DNA of 63,990 bases, the filler included, from Perkinsus olseni (taxonomy: Eukaryota), in the NCBI GenBank assembly GCA_013115125.1. It is 3 parts of 3 records of this genome, joined end to end, with 100 filler letters (N's around TTAATTAATTAA, not from the genome) between each part and the next. Parts side by side here need not be neighbours in the genome. Positions count along the whole stretch, not along the records: positions 21,899 to 43,628 come from JABANN010000553.1; 2 more parts are not named here. One strand, given 5' to 3'. Both the position numbers and the translations under genes were made by a program. Below the pieces are notes generated by a model. That model saw nothing but the letters and a program-made list of their open reading frames with translations. It ran no database searches and had not been told where the DNA came from. Positions 25,901-38,143 of this stretch are shown in pieces (positions within the stretch are counted from its first letter, which is position 1; the number at the start of each line of letters is the position of its first letter).

Positions 25901-26881
25901 AGGCAACTCTGGCAAGGAGCCTGAGTTGTCACGGTGCTATTGCACTATGGGACCGGCAGACCATGGACGAGGTGAGTTCGGCTGAGTGTCGTGCAGGAAG
26001 CGTTGGAATGAGCTGACAGGTGTTCTATGAGCATGATACCGTCTTCAATGGCGAAGATCTTTACATGGGATTGTCCCTTCTGAGACGACGTGATGACTCC
26101 AAGATCATATCAGCACCTCAGACCATTGTGCCCACCTACGCTCCTGATACCTGGTACGTATCTTACCATCTTCAACCTCGGATATTTTCTCAATTCAGGT
26201 CGATGCTGTATCGTCAACGTGTGAAATCGTGGGATGTTACTTCACATAAGAAGACGTTCACGTATCTGTATGAAATCCTCACCCCTAGAGGTTGGTTCCA
26301 TCTCGCCAGTTGGGTACTCAAACCCTACTTCATACAGGAGGTAGTACTACCATCCAATGACCGCGCGCCACGAAATTCTCCCTCTCATTGTGTGCAGTTC
26401 CTCACGATTATACTGGACTGGTTGAGAGCCTTCCTCCTAGGAGGTCTGATCATACGTGATTGGATTACCTTTGTTATCATGCTACTGGTCTTCACTGCCC
26501 TACTTTACATTATGGTCCTGGTCTTCTACTTCATCGTGCTTCGAGACAGGAAGGATATTCGACCGAGTGTCATGACTGTTATACTCTTCCCCTGGTAATA
26601 AGGGCAATAGGAGGCGTCTGTATTGATATCGATCATCCGGGCGAGCGCGGTTTGTATACTGTGTTGGCAGGTACCGATTGTCAAGTTTGCTGTTCCGATT
26701 GGGTGCACTTTGCCAGAATCTTCTAATTTATTCCCATGAGAGGAAGGGCATCAAGATCGGCGTCCGAGAGGATGAGATTAGAGATATCCCCCCATGCCCA
26801 CCTCATCCGGATGTTGATTGGTTTACCGTATGGACTTTGCCTGAGGACGACAAGAAGGACGAGGAGGACGGAAATCACTGA
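22966..26881 (+). CDS. Membrane-bound processive glycosyltransferase family 2 (hyaluronan/chitin/cellulose-synthase-like), multi-exon
   Basis: Motifs HIFVCDNG, EGNKTFA, VIIDDDV (DxD), GEDLYMG and LYRQRVKSWD (QxxRW-like). Several TM segments flank the catalytic region, and there is a Cys-rich N-terminal loop (23351-23760). Confidence 0.85.
24829..24896 (+). repeat. tRNA-derived element (A box + B box) filling a GT2 intron
   Basis: TGGTCTAGTGG...AGGTCGCGGGTTCGATTC lies inside intron 24823-24905. The acceptor stem is not intact. Confidence 0.65.
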
Positions 26882-27275
26882 GCTGATCGCTCGTAGTAAT
26901 GTTGCTATTATTATTACTCTTCCACATCATCACCATCGTACTCGTGCTACAATTATGTTCAGCGAAGGCAGGGACCGACCTGAAGTGCTGGATGGTCGCT
27001 CAGTAGCGTGTTACTGGTTTCGCATCCTCTTCTTGAGTGAGTCGAGTTGTCTCATATGTCCTTAGGGCAGGCTAGGGGTGAGGGAGGGTTGATGAATTTC
27101 TATGGGCCTTGGAGAGGATGGGAAGGCCGAGTCGTATGTTAGGATCGAACGCGGGACTATCTGCTTCGCGGATGAACACTTCATCCGACTGAACTGCAGA
27201 GACCGAGAGAATGCAGGAGTCTTGTATTTTAGTGGGCGATAGTTCAACTGTTCTGGGACAGCCTGTTGATGTTCT

Positions 27276-28308
27276 ATGGCCGGGGCAACAGCCCTAAGAC
27301 GATCATCCAGGCTTCAGATGGCGGTCGATGAGTGAGTCAAGGGGCCCAGCAAGTGAGAGCGACGGCGCCTGTCTGACGCAGGGCAGCCACCACGAAGGGC
27401 AGCAAAAGGCGACAGTCGGGAGGGTTGTTGACGACGACCGCAGATGGAGCGTCGAAGGATGTCGATCGAACAACAGAAATACGTACGAGGGGGTTGAGTC
27501 GATGCCCTGAGGGCGGTCGGGCCGAGGTCGTTGGCAGGCAAGAAGAAGACCCCGATTATGTCGATACGAGCGCGGTGTCGGAGGAGCTCTCGGTTGAGCA
27601 TGAGACGTGACAGCGTTGTTGAGACCGCCGGGTTCAGTACCCCGCCCAGGTTGCTCGGACAGATGCAGTCCCCGCAGGAAGTGAGGTACTTGGATAGGTG
27701 TGGGTGGGGTAGTGCTGCTGCTGCTGCTCAGCTGTCGCAATGGTGGACCAGCGACTACGATGCTTGCCCGCCTTACTTTGCGCATGAGAATCATCCCTTG
27801 TACGACATGCGGTACTCTCCACCAAGCCAGGACGATCGTCACTGGAGGCGGATCATCAGGAAGTCGACTAAAATGAGAGGCACGCCGTGAAGGGCCAGCC
27901 TGACCTCACGCTACAGCTGGTCAGATGCGTGTTTGACTGGCAGACGGCGGACTAGTGTCGCATCGAGACGAAGCAGTATATCTAGCACCTTTACAGACGT
28001 GGGTACGCGCAGCCACTGTGACCGGCAGTATCCTCTAGGTTCCGCCGCCGGTGGAGGAGTCGGACAACTTCAATCCGGTGAGCCTCGCAGAGCTGCAACA
28101 GGTTTGTGAGGAGCTAGGCAAGCCCACCGTCGCCATTGCGAACCCTCCGACGAGGCGACAGGCGTCCGTGTCGTCCCGTCATGGTGAGGCGTCCATGCCT
28201 CCCTGCAACCGTCATAGTCAGCCAGGCACTACTCGACGGAGTGCCCGACTCCACCCACCAACCCCCCGCAAGTCGACTCGACGCCGAAGTGCACGACAGA
28301 GGCGATAA
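27276..28308 (+). CDS. Hypothetical low-complexity multi-exon protein (possibly the 5' part of the bromodomain gene)
   Basis: ATG at 27276 (MAGATALRRSSRLQ), exon-like ORFs 27531-27890 and 28051-28308, and an Arg-rich C-terminus. Confidence 0.35.
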
Positions 28309-28632
28309 CGAAGCCTTCAACCCGTTACAGCCTCTTCGTTATGCGCATGAGAAATTTGATCGGTGGTGTCTTCGGGGTAATGCCCGGTATCATTGCCAGA
28401 AGCAGCGAAGTCTGCTGTACACGATGGTCTCCCTCTTTCTGTCAGGGTTGGGTTGTTGAATACTATGCTTATCTAGCAGTACATTATTGCACTTTTTAAT
28501 GAGCGCTTCAGCGAGGCCGTTGAAGCTACCTGGCCGTGATTCTACACGGGTATTGCACGCCTTGGCTGCCAAGGGTGATACCACTCCTTTCAGAACTCTC
28601 ATCACTTAGCGGCGTATGAGCAACAACAGACT

Positions 28633-29022
28633 ATGCCCGACTGGGAGCGTAACGAGTATCGGAGGTTGATCCAGAGGATCTGCAGACACCATAAGGATAT
28701 CGTGGAGCCCTTCGTGAATCCTGTACCGAAAACTGTCCCGCGGTACTACGACGTCATCTCCACGCCAATGGATATCGGCGTTATTCGAGAGAAGCTCGAC
28801 AGTTTCGCCTACTCTTCCCGGGCCGAGTTCGAGGGCGACATTAGACAGATGCTGAGTAACGCTTATTTGTATAACAACCCCGGCGAGTACGTCTTCGAGA
28901 AGGCGTTGGAGTTCCACGACCTCTTCAACGAGCAGATGAACGCAACTGTTGCTGTTGTATTGGACCGGCTGGCTCAGGAGGAGGAGGCCATAACGAAGGT
29001 TAAGCGACGAAAAAAGGAATGA
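28633..29022 (+). CDS. Bromodomain-containing protein (terminal exon or whole small protein)
   Basis: EPFVNPV...PRYYDVISTPMDIGVIREKL...Y....EFEGDIRQMLSNAYLYNN, with the acetyl-lysine-binding Asn retained and a basic C-terminal NLS-like KVKRRKK. Confidence 0.92.
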   Translation: MPDWERNEYRRLIQRICRHHKDIVEPFVNPVPKTVPRYYDVISTPMDIGVIREKLDSFAYSSRAEFEGDIRQMLSNAYLYNNPGEYVFEKALEFHDLFNEQMNATVAVVLDRLAQEEEAITKVKRRKKE

Positions 29023-29881
29023 AGTTGATCGTTAGTATTCCCTGCTAATGTAGTTAAGTATTTATTCAAAGGCCGGTGGTATCTTGTGTTCAGTTTTCGG
29101 TTGTATAACAATCAGTAGCCATCGTACCCCTACCGACGTCCGGATGATGCGTGTCAGTTTAAAGTCCAACGCCGAGAATCGGCTCAATCATCACACCAGT
29201 ACGGATGTGTCCTACAGTACCCACCGTCTAAAGACTGTATCTGCTTTGGCGGACCTCACGCATTCAATTTTCCATGTTATAAGCTGAAATTTTGGATATA
29301 GAGGTTTTTTTACTATGACGGATGGCTTAGGGGGTGAACGTGACAGTTTCACGAAAAAACGGGCGGGCGAAAATGAACTTGAAGAGGGATTAGTTCAGGC
29401 TAGTTCACCGAGGTTTGTGGTGCTCAGACTCGAGGCTCAGTTCTTTCCTCTCACGGCGGTGCCTGTGCACCACCCGACAATGTGTTTGTGGGTTTGAAGT
29501 TAAACTCCGACATTCCGAGAGAAAAGGTTTAGCCTGTCGAATGGGCCCTGCTCATGTTGCTCACAGAGCGAGGTCAGCGGCCGGGATACTTCCGGCCGGG
29601 TAACCTGCTTCCTGACCGTCGCCTGGCGCCTCTGGGTGGTCACTTTCGAACACAAAGTATTGATCGAATCAACCACAACCAAGAAGACTTTCATGCGTGC
29701 GAAGTAACTCCTGATTCAATCGCGGTGGCGCTTCAGACTTCCTCATAGAATATCTGAAAGGGGACAGGTGGCTTGCTTCGTCGCCCGCAATTCACTGCTG
29801 ACCGTTGCCTCTTCAAGTGCGTGCACACTCGCCACGCCCGGGGGTCCACTAAGGCCCGCTGACTTCGGGAGCGCTTCTCCG

Positions 29882-30667
29882 CTAGTCGCAGCAGGGCGAA
29901 CTGTTCGAGGACCTGATCATGAACCTACTAGGATGGGTTCGAGGGAGTAGTCGGCCGACCGTTAGACGTGCCGCAGCGTCGGCCTCTTCAGCCTCTTCGC
30001 CCACCACCTCCCCTTCCGCCTCGGACTCCTTGTTATTATCGACTATCGTGGCATCCCACACAACACGATCGAAGTTGGTTAGCCGTGGCAAGGACAAGTC
30101 GGGAAGAGTAAACCCTCGCCGAAGGAGGGCCTCCGATTTTGGCTGCGGCAGACGGGGAGACATCTCGTCGCTGTCGCTGTCGCTGATGTAGCTGCTGAGC
30201 ACTGATGATGACACGTCGTCAGTCGTGAGCACTCCGGCGGGCATCCAAGGCAACGCCAAGTACCTGCAGACAGCTGACCACCGCAGCTGCCTCACATTCT
30301 CACGGCGATTTATGCCGTGATCTTAAAGCTCTGAATGACCGCGAGGGTCGCCTGTCGAGTCGCCTTGTCTCCGGCCGTTTCGCCGACCTCCGCTGCTGAT
30401 GCTGACTGGCCGTCGGCAGGGCACCGTGGCCTGAGAGGAAGTGAACAGTCGTAGTGTCCTTCCCGTGCTCATTGGGGACCTCGACTGTAGTCCTCTAAGG
30501 AGAGCTCCGTGAGGGCGGTCGTATAGGGGCTGTCGCGGAAGGAGCCTCTCGACCCTGTAGCCGTTGTCGCCGCCGTTCGGTTGCCTTTGCGACTGTGGCT
30601 GGACGGGGTGCTCACTCGAAGGCCCGGATGGATCATGGACCACACCAATGGAAGACGACTCCTTCAT
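29882..30667 (-). CDS. Hypothetical protein, Ser/acidic-rich
   Basis: Consecutive minus-strand ORFs 30323-30733 and 29882-30295, co-oriented with the gene cluster. No motif recognised. Confidence 0.35.
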
Positions 30668-30735
30668 ATTAATGACAAACACAAGGCCAGTGTGGTAGTT
30701 GAGGAAAGTTTTCAAAAACGTCACGCGCCACAAAA

Positions 30736-31299
30736 TTATCCACCGCTGATTGGAGGAATCAGAGCAACTTCATCGTTTGGCTTCACATGCGTTGTGGACT
30801 CTCTATCCAGTGCTACGTACTGCTCATTCAGTGCGAAGATCGATCGCGGTAGTAACTGACGACAGAACCTGCACCTTTGCCAGCGACGTTCGGACAGTCA
30901 TGAAGGAGGGGCGCTCTGCACTGTCTCCATAACAGCACAATCGAACCGTGTGATGGCTAGCTTCCCGTTATCAACCTCGGTTCTCTCGACTATCTACTCA
31001 ATCTCCTCCACTGTGAGCCCAATCTAAAACTACAATTACTACAACGAGATGGTGCGCCTCACCTGAGCCAGCTGTGGGTAGTCCGAGGCTAGACCGGCAC
31101 GGACACCACTCACTGTCCGGTTCCTGCCAACATTCGTGAAGACCACTTTACCTGAGGGAGATGGTATGATAGATACTACACCATCATACGCCTCACTTCT
31201 GGGCGTCACAGCATCTCGCGCTGGACCGAAAAGCAGGACGCTCATGCAACCTGGCGGAGGCGAAGCAATCTCGGAGGGGCTGCTGGAAGGAGACGACAT
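30736..31299 (-). CDS. MOCS2A: Molybdopterin synthase sulfur carrier subunit (MoaD/MOCS2A, ubiquitin-like)
   Basis: The N-terminal exon has SVLLFGPARD. The last exon (not in the ORF track) reads SIFALNEQYVALDRESTTHVKPNDEVALIPPISGG*, with the diagnostic C-terminal GG. Confidence 0.88.
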
Positions 31300-31397
31300 C
31301 AGGCTCGAGAAAGATGACGATCATGAGCATGCCGGCTCGGGTAACGCAATCGGGTGGTGTCCTTCGAAACGTTTGGTGCTGTTATTGCGGAAACATC

Positions 31398-33997
31398 TCA
31401 GCAGCATGCATCGACGATTCTATCGAGAAGGTCGTGGTACTTGTAGGAGTCCTCAGCGAACAAGGCCACCGTCGGAGCCCTGCTGGCCCAACTCGAGACC
31501 ACCAAGTCCGATGGTATCCAGTCACCTCGCTTCACTATGATGATGTTGAAGAGCTTGTCAGGGGCGCCAGGGCGCGTGCAGCGTATGATGGGAGTTGGAT
31601 ACGCCTCCCACGGGATGGCTAGAAGGGAGGCGACCTTCCTGACTGCAGAGGCAACCTCGTGATCGGGCGCAACACCGATGAGGTCCCTCAAGGAAGGAAG
31701 ATCGTCCGTTCGCACCACTCCTCCTGAGGGCGACCAGACCAGCAGCTTGGTGACAAGATTCGGCTGGGGACCATCGAGAAGCCGGAGTGACCACGACTCA
31801 GTCTTCCGCCCCTCCTTGTCAGAGGTTGGCGCTCGGTCGCGTACCTCCGGTAGTCGTAGTACAAGTTGTGCTAATCTCTTCTCGTCTGGTGCCAGCAGCT
31901 TCAAAGATTCCCTAAGATACCTCAGAAGCCTCGCCGGCACCCGGCCTTGCAGCCACCACAATTCCCCTGCGGTCTTCACCAAATTCCTCCCATCAGTTGC
32001 CCCTCCGAACGAGTACAACTCCCAGCTCTGCCCGGCCAGCCGTCGACCGAGCTCCCCTACAGTGTCATTGCCTCCGAATCCAGACAGTGTGCACGCGTGC
32101 AACACCGCAGCCAGCGCTGAGAATGACCAACTCCCCTCCTCTCCGAACCAGGCTGTATTGAACCCTCTCGGCAGCTTTCGAGTTGCTATTGCGAAAGCAA
32201 GAGTAGCATTAGCGATGTCCGTTGGATCAGTCAGGCGGAGCGAAGCGTTTTCCGTTTCCACTTTTTCAGAGGGCAAGGCGGATACCAGCCAGTGCCAGAA
32301 TACATGAGACTGGTCCAAACCGAGAGCAGCGAATCCCGCCGCAGCCCGAGGGAGGCATCTTGAAGGCGTCTGGGACGGGGCCGAGCAGAGGAGCCTCGAG
32401 AAAAGATCGGCTAGGCCTAAGCACTGCCATGGGCTACCGTCCGAACAGGAATTCAACCTGACCTAGGATCTCCGGCGCTGTCGTCTGGGGCGGACGGTCG
32501 ACCGCCCCTCCCTGTAAGCTTGCGATCAGACCCACGGCGTGTACGAATTCGGACAGGCTATGGGCGTCAGGCTCAGATACAGGGGCTAGTCTCGTGGCGG
32601 CATGCTGTAGTAGAGCGCTGCTCACCTGACATCCCGAAGACCTCGGGTTCGATCCCCAGCAACAACGTCGGCCTACTTCCGTCCATACCCTATCATCATC
32701 TTCACACAAGCCATGCGCCCTCGTCCTTGACGCCGCCTGTGCGGCCATTGCAAGCTCTTGCCAATTCATTTGATGCACCACCTGCAGCAGCCTCGCCCCG
32801 TCAGTGGACAGCTCCCCGAAGGTCTACCGTAGCGAGCCGGCCCTGCAAGGCTTCGTAGCAGCTCTTCCTCATCCTCCTCTCCTCCTCGATCGGAGCGCCA
32901 TCATCATCAACACGAGTGGCTGTTTCGGAGTACCTACCGCGGTCCTCCTAGGAGCACCTTCATCCCTGAGTCACCAACATCAGCTTTGCCAGGGCCCGCC
33001 AGATGATGGCCAGACCCTGGGCGTCCATGAATTTGCATTGGGAGGGTATGAACCGAGCACATGCAGCCACGACCTCAGCATCCCGGACGGAGACTCGGGA
33101 GCACGCCGAGAGGATCTGCGCCTGTCCACAGGCGATGATGAGGGGAAGGAGCGGTATTGGTACCAAGTCCTTGACGTGCAGGGTAGATTCATCATCACCA
33201 TCGACCTCCGTAGTGACTAAGATACCCTCCCTCATTATCTGCTGGAACATGACGTGGATTGTGAGGGCTGTTGGGTACTTCGAGAAAGCATGACATAGCA
33301 GAGCGACATCCTTCACTCGGTATCTGGCAGTACGTATCCTAGGTCGAACATGGGAAGATACAAAATAACTCAAGTTGGAGGACCTACTTAGATTGAGTGG
33401 GTTTGTGCCTCTTCCCTAAGGCTCCAGCGAAGCAATCGAATACTTCCGTTATGCTCGGCATGGCTCCCTCTCCTTCAATTAATTCCGGGCATCTTTCCTC
33501 GGCCAGCCGGACACACGAACTGGCGATGGCCGCCAAGCTCCGACACGAGAAAGCATCAACCCGGGCCATCGCACGACGTAGACAGGCTTCCACCACTGCT
33601 GTCGATTCTGAGGGAAAAACGGGAAAATGCAACCTCACCATGGCAAGATCAACTCCGATAAGTATCGATCCGCGTATCTTTCAATCCGGCGGGTTCACCT
33701 TGATTCAAGTTCGTTGGTGACCTTGTGCATGCGTGCAGAATATAAGATACGTCCTGATGTGAAGGATTGCTCCTAGCCTCCATCGCCTCCACTGCCCTGA
33801 GGGCCACAACAGTGTCTGCCTCCCTCTCCCGTCCCCCTCTACTACTGTGCTAATGCAGCTCTCCACATGCCCAGATCGCTCCTCCTCTTCTTGGCCAGCG
33901 TCGATAGTACCTTTCGGACGTCCAACGGCCTGAGCCCTCCGCCGCCCACCGCCACAGTCGTCTCCACTGCCCGCAACAGCAGTCGTGAGGGGACCAT
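31398..33997 (-). CDS. Helical-repeat (FASTK/RAP/OPR/HPR-like) putative organellar RNA-binding protein, multi-exon
   Basis: Recurrent repeat-like motifs: FSCRSLAAIASSCVRL, VKDVALLCHAFSK, MDAQGLAIIWRALAKL, MNWQELAMAAQAASR, DPTDIANATLAFA, WSFSALAAVLHAC. The Arg-containing N-terminus reads MVPSRLLLRA. Confidence 0.5.
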
Positions 33998-34103
33998 GGC
34001 CCAACCGAAACTGAAGACGCCCTTCGCGATATCAACTCAAGGCCATCCGCACTGGTAAACAGGAAATATCAACGTTAAGGGCTGCGATGATGACGAGGCA
34101 GCC

Positions 34104-35245
34104 CTAGTCCCCTTCTGAGACCGCCGCCAAATCAGCTCTGGTTTTTCTGTATTTCTTCTTCCGCTGTGGAGCTTCCTCCACCTCTTCTTCTACGATAGCC
34201 TCGTCAATCTTCTCTTCAGTAGGCGTCTCCTTCGTGCCTTTCTTCAGCAGCTTCAGGAATTTGCTTTTGGAAGCGGTGTCCAATCCTGTGGAAAAGACTC
34301 ACCCCCATCGCAAGAGGCCTCGCGTTGTCAGTCACGACTAACAAGCCTTGGTGCGGTGGAAGACGACGCCCTAGAGAACGTTGGAGTCGCCAGAGAGCCA
34401 CACACCCTCGAGCGAGCACTACTGACAGCCAGGCGAAGAAGGACTTCGATTCGCGACACGAGCTATCTTTCCATTGCTAAGCGAGGCTGCGGACGGTAGA
34501 CCGGTGTTTACCAGTCCTTCATGCGACCAAAGCCCGCTACTACGAGTGCTGGGAACCTCCTTCTCCACAACCTCCTCTCCTTCATCCTCATCCTCTTCGC
34601 CAACTTCAGGCTCCGGTGCCCGGAAATCCTTGACCTGACCATAATCACGCCTCGCTGCTGTACGAAGGCACCCTCCCTCTACTACCGCATTGAAGACAGC
34701 TACCACGCCCTTGGTCGCAATACGACGATACTCTCTCTCTAAGGGGAGCTCGAGGACTGGCGGCTCCGTAACGTGGAAGGCCGTCCGCAGGGATTTCCGA
34801 TGCTAACAGCGAAGGAGACGCTATTCTACTTCAATGGATAACTCTACCCTACCGCAGCAAGCCTCTTGCGTATCTTTGCTTCCTCCTTCTCCTCCTCTAT
34901 TTTATCCACCACCTGACTTCCTACTATTTCTGATCGCCACTATAATGGTATCACTACCCCCTTGTCCTCAGCCAGCGTTGGCTCTTTTTCCGCCTTCCCT
35001 AGGTCCCTAGTGACGATTGTCTTGAACGCAGAAGCGAAGGCCTTCACGCCACCAGCCTCTACTGGTGCCTCATCAGTCGACTCGATTTCGGTGTCTACTT
35101 CTAAAAGCAATCCCGATAGGGTTAACTCAGTTTAATCATCAGTAATACCCTCATCGTAGCTCTCCTCTCCTTCAGAGCTGGGCACGTCCGACCCTACTAC
35201 GGGCTCTTCTTCCGGATCAACGGGCGTCTCGGGAACCACCGCCAT
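34104..35245 (-). CDS. RRP15: RRP15-like 60S ribosome biogenesis protein
   Basis: Spliced translation gives an acidic N-terminus, AFASAFKTIV, EREYRRIATKGVVAVFNAV (Rrp15 signature) and SKSKFLKLLK. Confidence 0.8.
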
Positions 35246-35408
35246 TACACCCAAGTTTGCTGCTGCCGTGGCTTCCACACCTCCCCCCAAACGCACAAAC
35301 ACAACAGAACTGAATAGCCAGTAAACCGTCCTAGACTGTCGAGACAGTCGTTGGCCCAATGTTAGCTGACAGCAGCAAATGACCTCGTCCGGTAGCAAGC
35401 ACTGCTGC

Positions 35409-35832
35409 TTAATCGAAGAGATCGAAGCCCATGTCCTCATCCTCCTCCTCTTCCTCCTCCTCAACCTTCTTCTCCTCCTCAGCGGGAGCGGCCTCAGCAC
35501 CACCAGCAGCGGCACCAGCGGCGGGCGCGGCGGCAACGGCACCGACGGAGCCAGCGGCGGAAAGCATCTCGGAGACGTCCTTACCCTTGAGCATGCGGGC
35601 GAAGATCACGGGCCAGTAGGACTCAACGTGCTGAGAAGAAAAACAATAAGAAAATGCATGAGCGCCCCTGATGATGAGTGAAGCTTACCCTGGCGCCAGA
35701 GGCGTGGATGAGGCTGTTGAGGTTATCGGAGGTGATCTCGAGGTCCGAGTCGTGAAGGATGAGGGCGGCGTAAGTGCACAAGAGCTCGTCACGCTCAGTA
35801 CCGGGGATATCGTGAGTGGGAACAGCGGCCAT
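35409..35832 (-). CDS. RPLP1: 60S acidic ribosomal protein P1 (one intron, about 35631-35688)
   Basis: [13 protein letters not shown]...[10 protein letters not shown], an Ala-rich hinge, and [14 protein letters not shown]. Confidence 0.96.
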
Positions 35833-35999
35833 GACTAGAGAGGCAAAGCGGTTTAAGCTGTCTGCAGTAGGGCAGATGGTGAAGAAGAGAGGCATCCGCG
35901 CATCCGAGCGCTATACCATAATCGATCATCGTGGCGAGCGAGATTGACGGCGCACTTTAGAACTTCAACAACCCTTCACGTGAAGTAACGTTAGTGAAC

Positions 36000-37152
36000 T
36001 TAGGACTCTGCTGCATCAGCAGTGGCTGCGGAAGGAGCTTCTTGCTTATCGTCACCTCCCCCTTGCCTTCTCCGTCTCGAGCGAGTGCCTACGAAGACGA
36101 CCGATCGGCCGCCAGAGGGACGCCAACAGTACTCACGCTTCTGCTTCGTCGTCGTCGTCTGCTCCTGGGTGTTGTCCTCCTCACCAGCAGGCGCTTGAAC
36201 TTTCCGTTTCTTGCAGCTCAGAGGGTTCGGGGCTCTCGGACCACGTCGCTTCTTTTTGCTAGTTTCTGACGGGTTGTTAGACAACACCACCACGCTGAAT
36301 CTATACCGACCTCGGGCGTCTCCCGCCATCGCCTCCGCCTTGGCCTCCTCCTGGCGGAGTATCGGCAACTTACTCTTCTCCCAACTTTGCACTGCTTGCT
36401 TCTCTGAGAAACCAACCACTATATCGAGTTGAGTTCGGTACTAGCTCACCGTTCTCTTGCTTCGCAGCAACCCTCATAGAAGCTTCGCTCGGTTGCTCTA
36501 TTATCGGCACCTGCAGGCTCATCATCATCGACGGTAGTGTTCGGTCTCATACTTGGCCACCATGTAGTATTATCAAACCCGCCCCGGGTACTCGACGAAC
36601 ACGCTCTCTCAAAGCCTTGTCTTGGGTGCCTGATGCATGCAAAATGACATGACCGGGGATAGAACCCACGACCTTTCTGCTGCCCACTTACACACTAAGT
36701 ACTGTTTCGGATTATTCGATGCCAACTGCTTGGTTATACAATCTGCTGCAGAGCATCTGAACACGACAGCGGAGCGAAGCGATTCACGAATGCATTTTCA
36801 TCTCCTCTCCCTACTCTCCTTTAGTGTGACCACACTTAAGCCGGTAGTAGCCCCGAGCGATAATGGCGCTTCCCGAGAAATCCGCACCCAAGTCCCGAAG
36901 CTCTTGATATACCTACATAATGGTATCTTGCACGCATGCACAAAAGATACTCCAACCTACACATTCAGTGACAACAGGAGTTGTTCGGCCTCCTAAGAGT
37001 TTCGGCAACTGTTCTTTGATATGAACTTTCGACTTCAACGCAGCGTCGATGAAGGTGCCGTCGATGAGCGCCCTGTAGGGCTCTTGGAAGCCGAAGGCCG
37101 TTTGGTAGAAACGCATCACCTTACGGTGCGACTTTTGGCGTCTTATCTTCAT
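36000..37152 (-). CDS. UTP23: rRNA-processing protein UTP23 (PIN domain), multi-exon
   Basis: MKIRRQKSHRKVMRFYQTAFGFQEPYRALIDGTF...VVTEC and C-terminal KKRRGPRAPNPLSCKKRK. Confidence 0.93.
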
Positions 37153-37286
37153 CTTAAACTAACTTAGTATTACTAAGAAAATAGGAGGACAAGCCTTGAA
37201 AGCAACCCGTGAGAAGGTGCGGAAACTGTGCATAAAAAGGCGGTGCTGGGGTTCGAACCCGCGGCCTTTGGGTTGAGCAGTGAGCA

Positions 37287-38143
37287 TTATACAGCATTTA
37301 AAGGGAGATCTTCTTCCGCCAGCTCTTCGAACTTTCCCGCACCAGAATTGAACGTTGCATGGGCGACTGCCAGGATGCCCGATAGACATAGTACGGTCAC
37401 AATAAGCCCGCCAGCCAATACCAACACCTGCACGCGTCAACCTAAGATACGTTCTCGCGCGAAGGACGGGGCTTACCAATGCGCCAGAGACGACGGTCAT
37501 GGCGAGCATTCGCTGAGTTCTGTTCAAAGGGACACCACCAATTTGGGGGTTCCAATTGGGGTCCGAGTTCTTGTTGAGGAACGCCACCCAGGAGGCCACA
37601 AGAAGGAGGCAGAGGAAGAGTGCGGATGGTGTCGTTAGTACCCCTGCCGACAAAATGCACTTCCGAGATATCCTCAGGGTGAGATAGAAAGATACGAAAA
37701 AGCTCAGCAGCTACCCCTCGCCGTACATAATAGAAGCAGCACTACTGCGCACACTCCGTAGTTGCCTTGGTAGTAAAACAAATTCTTGGATATTCTCTGT
37801 GACATCTCCCCACTCGACCTCGGCCTGGTAAAGGTGAAGAACTCCTTCCAAGGCTTCATTATGGATACCTTGAGTCAAGGTATGGTACACCGGATGCTAT
37901 CACTCTTGTAAGAATAGGATATGTTATCACTGTTCTTAACACAGAGATAGGGCTCACGTGTAGCTAGAGATTATCAAGTGATGATGATGACCCTTGAGTG
38001 TATCCGACTACCCTCCCTACTGTGCCGGTGAGTCTCCTTATCATGGGTATCGCCATGGCTTTGATCTCCTCCAGTTTATTCCCAGCCTCCTTTTCACCAT
38101 CTAATTGCCCACCATTCAACCGAGGGGAACCTGTCGACTCCAT
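37287..38143 (-). CDS. PRA1 family protein (prenylated Rab acceptor)
   Basis: MKPWKEFF..RP....QRISKNLFYYQGNY, hydrophobic hairpins and AVAHATF near the C-terminus. The stop is at 37287. Confidence 0.85.
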
